Shown here in pieces: positions 44,001 through 56,000 of a stretch of DNA of 64,000 nucleotides. The DNA is from Chiloscyllium plagiosum (lineage: Eukaryota): the NCBI RefSeq assembly GCF_004010195.1, contig NC_057730.1:32961152-33025151 (forward strand). The letters are read 5' to 3'. Within the stretch, counting starts at the first letter, position 1. Each line of letters begins with the position of its first letter. Position numbers and translations under genes: made by a program. The notes under the pieces were generated by a model. It was not told where the DNA came from. It saw only the letters and a program-made list of their open reading frames with translations, and did no database searches.

Positions 44001-47000
44001 CAAACCACCCATGCACATGATTTAATCAAAATATAAGTTGGGCACTGGCTTTTGCAACAGCCCCTTTCAGGCTAAGTTGAAACATTCAGGAACGCAGTCC
44101 CAAGCCTCAAAAGTAATTCATGGGAATTAGCAAAATTTAATATAAAAAGATTCTAAACTATTTATGAAATTTTAGAATTAAACTAAAGGCTTGGTTTGAT
44201 TTTCAATTTTGACTGTTAATAGGTATAAGTTAAAGTACACTATGTTCACAATGTGCATCATAGGCAAAAACTATACAATGAGATAATTTTAGGGATTTTA
44301 TAAAATGGCTCAAACAAAACAGGATTCAAACTTTAATTCACTGGTAACACAGACAGGCAAACCAGGCAGAATTAAGCTTAATTTTTTAAAGTCAGGGGAT
44401 ATGTATGGTGTGCAAGTGACTAATCATGTACATATGGTATGGTATTGTTCTATTATCACTACAGACAACAATACCAATTTAGTTTAAGTAACACCACAAA
44501 AGCTGAATGACTTGTATGTATGTATTTGTAAAAGGTATGTAGCCAAAAGGTAAAACAAAAGAAGTCGAATATTTGTTACTGAATGATACTTGTCAAATTT
44601 TCTTTTGTTTGCTCTCAAAGTTCAAAGATGTGCTGTTATGAAAATAAAATTTTAAGAAATATAGTGTTAAAATTGTAATTCAACATCTGCTTTGTATTAA
44701 GTAGAAGAGTCTAATGTGGTTTTTTCCATGTGCCTTATCATAGTGTAAAGAAACCAGTTTCATCATTAAAAACATACCTATTAAATCATAAAAAAGTTGA
44801 GTGATACAATGTGAAATGGAAGATAATACACTTCAAACATTCTTTATTTGAATAAACAGAATGCACATAATAGCCTATACACATGTAATACTAAAGACAG
44901 ACATCACATGAACACTTTCATGTTCACCAAAGCAAACTGTTGAACCACAAACTCTGAAAATCATACACTGATCTGTACAACATCAAGTCATACAGAAATT
45001 AACTCGCATTTTCAATGTGAAATACAGTGCATTATTTTGCACCATCAGGTCACACATACAGATAATATGTGCAGATATGGGCAATTATTTCTAAATATTA
45101 TCCATCAGTATTTTTAAATACTACGAATGCATTTTTGTAGGTATTACAGAACATACCCTGGTAAGATGCGCATCACGGCATATTTAAATTTATGTATTAT
45201 TTGGAAAACTATTTTTAAAATGGTTAACATTGTCTAATGACTATTTCAAAATGGCAACTTAGATGTAAAATCAAGAAAAGAAAAAAAGGTTCAGATTGTA
45301 TTTTTGTTTTACATACTGCTTTCGATGCTCCACTTGCTGGTTCAGAACGATCTCTAGAAAGTAGAAGATGATGTTACAGTCACATGTTTTGAATTCATAT
45401 GTTGAACATAAAATACACCTTTCACAACAAGATTAACAAAGAAAATATTTTCAATACAGAATATTCCTATTATGGATTCTCAACCAAAAATATCACCAGT
45501 GTGCTTCGAAAATAGTCAAAGATTAGTCATGAGAAAACAGTTGAATAGAATTTCAAAATTAGCAGTGTCACAACTAGAATAATGCCGCTATAATCAAGCC
45601 CCACTTTCATATGCTGTTACCGACACTGAAAATTCCAATTTAATCAAGAGGATGACCAACGTGCCGAACTGCTATAAAGCACAGAAAAAAAAATTAATTC
45701 CTGTGAATTGTTTAAGATTAGATTACTTAGAGTGTAGAAACAGGCCCTTCGGCCCAACAAGTCCACACCAACCCCTACATTTACCCCTTCACCTAACACC
45801 ACGGGCAATTTAGCATGGCCAATTCACGTAACCTGCACATTTTTGGACTGTGGGAAGAAACCGGAGCACCCGGAGGAAACCCACACAGACACGAGGAGAT
45901 TGTGCAAACTCCACACAGTCAGTTGCCTGAGGCGGGAATTGAACCCGGGTCTCTGGCACTGTGAGGCAGCAGTGCTAACCACTGTGCCGCCCACAAACTT
46001 TGTAACACAAACTTTTAACAAAGGCAAACAAATGTTTCTAACATACCTTTGTGCAATTTAAACTATACCCCTCAGAAACTCCAAATATACATACTTATTG
46101 ATGATCGAGACAAGAGACAGCCAGTTCAACACATCAAGCAATATTGAAAATATCAGCAAGGTATGGAAGAACAGAAGTCTAGATTTCAAAATTTGGTTAA
46201 ATTGTCTGTTAATTGCTTTTGGATTTTCGCAACAGTTGCAATACAGTCTGTCAAGTGATTATCTTTGTCATTTCGATAGTTGGTCCAGTGGGCCTCGTTC
46301 TTTTCTGGTGACAGAGAACCATACAGCAACATTTCCAATTCACAGGCGCTGATATTACTGGCTACCCTGCACTTACAGCTTTGGAACAAACTGTAATTAA
46401 AACAGAGGGCTTTTGACAAGTAGTCTTAAAGACTCTCAGTACCACACTGTCTGAAAGTATCTCCCTTACTACTTTGCAAAGCAAACATGTTTTGCTTAGC
46501 TAAAATAAAATGTGCACCATGTGATTTTTCCAAGTTGCAAAACTCTCCTGGTATTTTAACAACAGAGCTGCACAACCTGCAGTCTGGTTAAGGAAAATTA
46601 TGTGGTGTTGTGGTTCTGTTCGCCGAGAGGGGAATTTGTGTTGCAGACGTTTCGTCCCCTGTCTAGGTGACATCCTCAGTGCTTGGCAGCCTCCATTGAA
46701 GCGCTTCTGTGATCTTTCCTCCAGCATTTGTAGTGGTTTGAATCTGCCGCTTCCGGTTGTCAGTTCCAGCTGTCCGCTGCAGTGGACAGCTGGAACTGAC
46801 AACCGGAAGGAGCAGATTCAAACCACTACAAACGCCAGAGGAAAGATCACAGAAGCGCTTCACAGGAGGCTGCCAAGCACTGAGGATGTCACCTAGACAG
46901 GGGACGAAACGTCTGCAACACAAATTCCCAGCTCGGCGAACAGAACCACAACAACGAGCACCCGAGCTACAAATCTTCTCACAAACTTTGAAAATTATGT

Positions 47001-50000
47001 GGTCCCTGATATCATAAAACATACATCTCAAAAATTTACTGATTCATTCAGTGAGCAAAAATAAGGTCAATGATCATGCTTGCCTTATCTACCCTATTGG
47101 GTGAAGGCACCTGTAAGGTGGCGGACAGGTTGTATATATTACAGACACACAACATTCTGAATACAAGTATAGTAGTTTTGAAGTCAAATGCCAATAAAAT
47201 TTATCACTTAGTGAACTAATAACAGATCTATACACAAGAGGATAGTTAATGCAATGCACTTATGTGGACTGATGGAGACAACACAAACTCAAAATTCTGG
47301 TCTACTTCAAAATAATAAGAGCATTTTTGTTTGTCTAGAACTACCAATTTCAAATTCACTTACTCAAGCAAGATGTCAGACAAATGAATCCAAACCAGCG
47401 TGCTTGAAATAAATAAAACAAATTTGAAAACTAGAGGCTGACACTAAACTAGCACTGAGTGTCATCATCTTATTCCACTAAAGGCTTGTAACCATGGTGA
47501 GCAAGAAATACCCTGCATTGCCAAAATCTCATCTTTATTCAATAACAGATTAATTATTAGTCAATTTTATTGCTGTTTGTATGATCTTGCTAAGCACACA
47601 ATTACCACAGCAGGTCAAACATATTACACCAATTTAAAACAATGTGTTGCAATGTATTTGAAAATGGTAAGGGACCGGAGAGATTGCATGCCCTTTTCAG
47701 TTACCATATATGCAGTCGACTCGATTCAAAAATCACTTAATTACCCAAATTTACATTTTGAGTACTAATGCGCACTCAGCTTTGGTATGTACACAATTTA
47801 ATTCTGAATATAACTTTGTTAATTGAAAATTAAATATTGAAGACCAAAAATATTTAGTGTAACATTTGCTAGGCAATTCCTATGAAGGCATTACTCAATT
47901 GTGCAAGAAAAATATCAATTTTTTTGAGTTAATGACTTTGTAAAATGGAGTATTGCCAGCATTTCATTCATTTAGATTTCGAGCATATACAGTATTTTGC
48001 TCTCCTTAAAATGAAATCCAGATTCAACAATATCCTTTCTTCAACATTGGCTTTTCTCCCCCATTTTTACATTTGGAAGAATTTTTTTGACACTTGTTCT
48101 TTCTACTCAGTTTCAGGTTTTACTACTTTAGCACTCTTGGGAAATTGACAGATCTGTCAGGTTGTAACTAAATTAAGCCAAAAGTCCAAGAAACTAAAAC
48201 ACATCAAAAGAAATGGAGCTTCTGCTGTCTTGCACAGGAATATGACAAAAGGTTCAGCCATAAGCAAAAGAATAGTTCATTTGCACTTGCTACAGGACCA
48301 CTCTATCCAACACATCCATGTTGGTGTTTATGCTCCACACAAGCTTCCTTTAAATCTCTTACCTCGCGCCATCGATAAGTCCTTATGTCTTACTTTCTCA
48401 ATTTGATATCTAATTTGGCAGTTATGGGATCTATGCCTGCTGTCTAACTACTTGCAAAGTGAGTTTTACATTCCTATTACTATGGGTAAAAATGGTTTCT
48501 CCAGAATTGCTCAATGGATTCACAAATAATTACTGCTAAAACACCAAGCTCTGCACCCATCACAAATACTTGCAATACGTCTACCTTTACACATCCCCAC
48601 ATAACTTTAATATCTTCTACCAGGTCATCTCCTCCAGTATTAAGGGAGTATCCCATCCTGTTTAATCTTCACTAATAGTAACTCAAGTTTCTGCTTCTGT
48701 GTTATCCCTCTAAAAATGTCTTGTTTACTTCTTTATAAATTATTTAACATGTGCAAGTGTATCCTTAAATGCTTTATTCCAATAATCCATTTCAACATTT
48801 TTGACAACTATTTTTTATATTTCCTACCAAAACATCCAGTTCTGAAGGATCACTGAACTTGAAATGTCAACTCTGATTTCTCCCCAGATGCTGCCAAACC
48901 TAAAATTTTCCAGCAACTGGTTTTTGAGCCAACTCAAATAGCCTTCCTATCCTTGCATTTGCAACACAGTAAAATTAAAACAATGGTCCAATCAGCAAAT
49001 ATCCATGTTATTTTTACCAAACAAGCTACTGCTCACAGTTCAAAGGTCACTTTGTGCTTTTATCATTTTTGGTTTGGAGCAAAGGTCTGAATACTTGAGT
49101 CTGCTTGAATAAGATTTCAAAAGAGAATGAGAACATATACGCAACAGGTGCAAATAACATCCGACTTATGTTTGCAGATCCAAAATTAAATACGATTAGG
49201 GATGTCAGTGAATATGACCATTATCAGCCCCATAGCTTTATAAATGTATTTTATTAGAGCATCAAGCTTCTTATTTTGCAAAGATAGACAAATCTTAAAT
49301 AGCAATATCCACACTAGTTTACACCTGCATGTTGAAACATATACAAATTAATGCTAATGTACATTTATGATCTATGCATTGGCCTAAACTGTGCATGAAA
49401 CCAAAATAACGAACACTACCTTTAAGTTGGACGCACAGGTTTATTAGCAACACATCATAACTTCAGACTTGGGTGGGAGTCTTAATTGATCGAAGTGTCA
49501 AGATTGAAATAATCAACTCAATCTGCCTTAGATTGCTCAGATAAGTTTGAGTACAGCAATGACAAAAGAGCAAAAACAATGCGCAACAATGCAATCAGCT
49601 TTCATTCTGTCATGTTCACATAAGATGCCTGATCAAAAAGAATTATTAAATGCAGTACATCAGTTACCCTTCTATATTTGTCTGTTTGGTGCAGATGATA
49701 CGATTCGAGTGAAGTGGCCAATCACCATCTTTTGTGACTGCAGTTTAGATAGCATGTGGTTTCATTTCGTCTATACAACATGCGAAAATTCACTTAATTC
49801 AAATATTTGACACAAAACACACACAGACGTGGAGGACACTAGAATGCATCAACCTTATTTACTAAAGCCTTTATTGCTGTCATTAACACCTGTAATGTAA
49901 AATCAAGGACTGCAGAATGCATCACTGGTTAAAACCACAGTCACTGTAACTTAAAAATTCTTCCTCCCTACAACAAATACAAAATTCATTTTACACTTAA

Positions 50001-53000
50001 AAATTTCAGATACTTACATGACAAATGTTTTGCCAGCAGATTTCACACCTCCAATTGGAATCCTTTTTATAATCACAGATGAATTCTTGGGGATTAAAGC
50101 ATTATCGTCTGTATATTCTGTTAAGAGTTAAAGTAAGCATTAATTTACAGGTGTCAGATACAAGTACCACTCAGACACTAGAAATATTTTGTACAACTGC
50201 AGAATGCATGTCAAATTCATTCAAGTGCTTTAATAATGTCAAAACTATATGGGTCAGACATAGTCTTCTTTCTGATTAACCTTTAAACAGAGAAAGCAAC
50301 ATTGAAGGGCTAAAACCACCTCATGAACAGTATTTTCTTTATCAGCTGTGTCAACTCTAATATTTGTTGAACAAGGAACACTTTTATTATTTACAGCTCT
50401 GATGGCTAGTTTTAATACTGCAACTTGTGAACTGGCAAAACTTCTGTGCAAAAGGAATAAGATACTCACCCCCAATGGGAAAAGCCTCATGACATGCACC
50501 CAGATCACAGTACAATTTCCCCAACTCTCTGGCTCATTTGTACATTGAAAATGATGTAGATAGCTTTCAAATCTTTAATCAAATCGATCTTTATATAGTT
50601 CTTTTTCTATTTGATCATACGCACTTTGACATTCTTACATTTAATGGTCAATATTTAACAACCTACATACCAATCAAGACCACAAAAAAGTCTGAATCTC
50701 TCAGTGAAGAGTAAAATGCTGACACAAATTTCCATTTTATAGATTTTTATAACTCTCAAAGTGACCAGCTTAAATTATAAAGTTGTAGTATATGAGGTTG
50801 TATGACACTTTTCTTGATTGTGTATTTTAACTTCTGGATTCTTGAAAATGCATTTCGGAATATTCTTGAATGCTTCCAGATGACATGTCCAATGACATGA
50901 TAACCTGGAATAATTTAATCTTCAATGACTTGCGTGATATCACAAGCCAAATAAATAGTATAATTAAAGTGCGCAATTTTCAAAACTTATTGAATTTCTT
51001 CTGATTTACTGTGTCAGCACAAGATTTATTTTATCAGTTAACCTGGTATAAGACACATATGTCAAAAGTGTGCAAGAAAATTGGAATGTAACATGGAATG
51101 TAACAATGCTGTTTTGATAGACATTGCAAATCAAGGTGTTTCTCATAGCTGTTGCGAGGTCAGATTAATGTAGATTTAAAATAAATCATCTTTCCCAAGG
51201 TGATTTAAAAAAAATCAAACCAATTTCTGATTGATGGGTCAGCTCCCTAAACACATTTTCCTTCTCTTCCCTGCCAAACCTGAATTCTACTGCTTCAACT
51301 TCCTTGACTTGAGTACTCATTTTTAAATGGCATGGTGGCTCAGTGGTTAGCACTGCTGCCTCATAGCACCAGGGACCCAGATTCGATTCCAGCCTCGGGC
51401 AACTGTCTTGTGTGGAGTTTGCACATTCTCCACATGTCTGCGTGGGTGCTCTGGTTTCCTCCCACAATTCAAAGAGGTTAGGTGAACTGGCTATAGAGTT
51501 CAGGAATGCGTAGGATAGGTATATTAATCAGGGGTAAAAGTAAAATGGTCAGGGAATGGGTCCAGGTGGGTTACTCTTCAGAGGGCCGGCATAGACTTGT
51601 TGGGTCAAATGACCTGTTTCCACATTGTAGGGAGTCTTTGAACACTGTTCATTATTATATTTGGATTTTTTTTTCAATTGGGACTTCTCTGCACAATCAG
51701 TCTATGATTCAATCTGCATTAGAGCATGATAATATCCTGGTGATGATTAATAATTTATCACTTGCTTTTCTTACTAGCGCCTGCATCAAATTACTTTTTA
51801 AACCTGGTAATTTGGAATTCATCTCAACAAAACATGCTCTTCCTCGGAATTCATTGTCATCCCATTGCCCTCGAATCTCTCCCTTCCTATAAATTCCCCA
51901 GTTCTATTTATGCTTTGGACCGTGGAAGTGAGGCCATTTGCAAATTACTCAAGACCAGTTCCAATCACTCCTTGTACCCTTGCCATCTATATATCCTTTC
52001 CATGGTGCCAGCCATTTTTCGAGTGAGCTGGGGGAAAAAAAACTACCAATTATCTCAGTTCATTTAAAATTGTACTTCAAAAATCCTAGCCAGTTAACGT
52101 TTGTCCCTCCATGTCAAAATACTTGTGCAACTACATCTTTAATTCAACCTATGAAGTTCAATTTGCCATCAAACCCATTCACATCTTACACTGGCATGGT
52201 ATAGTCTACTCCTAGTCAGAGTAGATTTGAGGGGTTGGTGGCAAACAGTTTAATCATTGATCACTAACTTGCTGCACTACATAAAGTACAATTTTCTCAA
52301 CTACCAAGATAAAAGTCACTATTTTTGGATTATTGTCCTGGAATTCAAAAATAGTTCCCCCGCTTCTTTTCTTGGACAGCAAAGTGACCAATCTTAAGCT
52401 CCTCTACCCAACCCAGTAATGTTGACCTTTAATGTGCAAGGAGCTTATTGATTTCTTCACTCCCAATGTTAAGAACAAACAACGAGAAGACTTTTGTTCT
52501 AGTAGCCCACCAGATTAAACTGAACATCTTCCAATGACTTCCATTTGAAACCACGAACTTGTTTTTTGCCACTCTCCTTCATGCCACCCTTGCAACCTCT
52601 TGAAGTTAATCTTGACTTCTTGCTCCATCTATCCTACACCACTAAAATGGTGACCATTCAATGTTCACTGCTGATGCCCCTCTATTCTTATCAGTTGCAA
52701 TCTCCCCAAAAAAACTAAAACCCTGACATGTCTTGCCCTTGAAAACTTCTGCCACATTTCCAACCTCAAGATCCTCAGCAAAAGTCCTTGAGGAAAACAT
52801 CATTTTGCAATACCCATGTGGGTATCACTTAAAAGGTTAGATCATATAGGTTTTGACCCAGAGGGCAAAGATGGGAGGAGTGAAAGGGGAAGCTTAGGGC
52901 ACAGAACAGCCATAATCCTACTGAGCAGCATCAGAGGCTACAAGGTTAACTGCCTATTTCTGCTCCAAATTTCCCTTATGTTTCCACAACTATCACTGAA

Positions 53001-56000
53001 TTCCTCATTGTGTGCCAAACAACTCTCAAAGTATCAAAACAGCATCTTAAGCAATTTGGATATGGTTTAACTTACACTTCCTTACCAGTCTGCAACCTTT
53101 GACAGTTGACCATTCCACTTTCGAGTTGGGTGGCGCCACATTTGACAGGTTCCAGTCTTAACTACCCAATTACAGAGAATTATCAGCTCTGCACGGTCAG
53201 ATCTGATACTCCCCCAACTCTTTCTTCTTGACTCTCCTGCATGTCTCACCTAGTCTGTCTCTTGGCAACTAAGACCGTGCCAGTTACACAATTACAATGA
53301 GTTAAGTTAGAGCTGCTTGTTGTCAGTTGCTTTACTTTCTCTAAACTGAGTGCATGTTCTCAACATAAAAGTGACAGCGGCAATGGATCTGCACATATAC
53401 ATTTGCACCAGTGACAAGCCACCGTGATAATATTTTAAAACTAGTTGCAAGATCTGGGAAAATACCAAACAATCAGTTTAAATTTCTTTGCCAAGAGAGC
53501 CCCTGATTTCATTGAAATTTGAGAGGTAACATCACCTGTCACTTAAAAGGCTGGGTTTGACAAGTTTTTGATCCTCAATGTAGTCAAAGAGTCAAGGGGA
53601 GAGTTGAAAAAGAGACAAAAGCTAAGGCCACAATGCTACGAGCCATAGTCTTAAAGAATGGTGAGACAGCACCTGTAGAGAGACCAGGCTATTTAATAGT
53701 CACCATAAAATATCAGTTTGCAAATAAATTTATAGAACGTTGAAGTGTTTTCTAAGCACTTACTACTAGTTTAAGATTTAATCTAAAAATTGTTGCAGTC
53801 TGCTTATTTGTTTCCTATTTAGAATTAAATTTGGTGCAACAACATTGTTACCTGGCCAGTTAGGTATAATGCTCATTTGCAGACAGCAATGCTCCACCTC
53901 GTGCCAGCATTGTCCATAATTGCTACCTTTCTATAAACTGTCAAGACTCCAAACGTTTAGATATCCAACACTGAATACTAGGAAGATCAAAACCAAAATC
54001 TGCACAAATGCTGTTTCCTATCAACTTGATCCTGCTGGCAACTGTCAGTGCCCAAGCCAGACTGTTATCAATAAATAGTTGCACCATTTAAGATCCCAAC
54101 ATGAACTTCTGACATGACCCTGCCAACACCATGAATACATTTCCACTTGTGTAACATTGCCTGTCTCTGCCCCACTGTGGCTCGTCTGCTGTTAAGGCAC
54201 TCAGCTATGCCTCTGTTACCTGTGATTATTACACTGTAATCTAGACCATCTCCCAACTTCCATAATCTTCATGTTGCTAATAGTCCTGTAGTAACTTTCA
54301 CCAAGTTCCATTCTCGCGCAACCCAAGCTCTATAATAGTCTTTGGTTAAATAATACTAATAGCAGTAATACCTAATTTTAAAATTCCTCATACTTAATCC
54401 CCAATTCTAGTCTCTTAAAAACCAAATTTAAAATGCTCATTTCTGGCATGCCTCCAGTTACCAAGACCCCAGTCAAAATACCCTCCAAAATTTTTTTCCT
54501 CCTTTCCTTCTTTAGATGCTGCTTAAAGCCAACCTCTGATCACTGTCTTAATATTTCCTTTGGTGGTTTGGTGTCAAATTTTGTTTGCTAAGAATTGGTG
54601 AAGAAGCACCTTGGGATATTTTATAGTAGAGTACATTAAAAAGGTGTAATTAAAAAGGTTTAGATTAGTTTGTATGTATGATCCATAGACACACACTTGT
54701 CTGGTTTATTCCTTCATTACTCCCAAACAACCCAAAGGGAAATATGCCTTTTTATTTTGACACAACTACCTTACTGGCTACTTAAATGAAACCAATTTAA
54801 AAAAAACAGAAGGGAGAGCTGTAGGATACTCTCCTATATTAGCAGCCATTAATACTGTACAACCACTCCTTCTTATACAATTACAGGAGGCTAAAGGAAC
54901 AAGAAAACAATTACACGACAGGTGAACAGTAAAGAAGAAACTGAAACATGTAATAAATAAAAATATGCTTTTCTGATCCCGGTTTGTAATTACAACCCTC
55001 ACCATCAGATTTTTTTTTAAGAGGCAGATAAAGTTCTATGGTGACAAATAATATTGGACAAACTATTAAAAAGTACTCTCCATATTTAAAACCTGTCAGA
55101 GCAAAATCATGTCCAGTATCATTTTGTGACATGTACACCCACCAGATTGTTCCAGCTTGAATCAATCACACAGGGTATCAAGTAGAGTCTTTAAGGAGCT
55201 CAAGTTCACAAAAATGTCTCCCACAGCAACCAATTTGCCTCCAACTGAAACTGGACGATTTAAAACAATCTGCACAAATCACTGAAGATCAACATGCAAA
55301 GTCTTAAAAAAACTAAACGGTTTTGAAATTGTTTACCAATATATTTAGCTGGTTCAATGTCCTGCTTCATAGTTTATTCCATCAGACTGGAGTTTAACCA
55401 GGACACATGCAAGCTACTTACTAATCTTGCTCCAGAATTTACTATTAAAGAAGCATCTTCAATGACAGCATATACACCAGAAAAAAAAAGTGATTATAGA
55501 CAGCTGGTACAAAGAATGACTTACAAATCAGAATGGCTTATACATACTACAGTACAACATCTCAAGGTGCTTCACTGCAGTAAAATCAAATAAAATTTGA
55601 CAGGGGATTAAAAGGAAGAGACACTAGTACAATCTCCAATGGTTTCATGAGACATAGGTTTAACAAATTTCAAGAATCAAACAGTGGGAAAGAGGCCCAG
55701 TACAGAGCCCCAAAAGTATGGTCAATGGAGGGTGAAAGAGTGCAAGATGCACAACAGGTCACAATTCATAGTCTGGAAATGTTAGAGATAAGGAGGAGAG
55801 ACACCATTGAGAGATTTAAAAAACAAAATTTGAATTTTAAAGTACAAGTGTTAACGGATTGGAGGCTAACACATCAGCAATTGTTGATGCATGAATGGCT
55901 CTTAGTGTACTTTGAATAAGGGCATTAAAGCTTAGGGCAAAATTAAGTTTATGGAGACAGTGATGGGAGGATGACCAATCAATAGGACAGGGGCAAATTT

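Noticed and set aside
46500-47031. Mirror-image ORF pairs on both strands
   Set aside because: A direct consequence of the palindrome.
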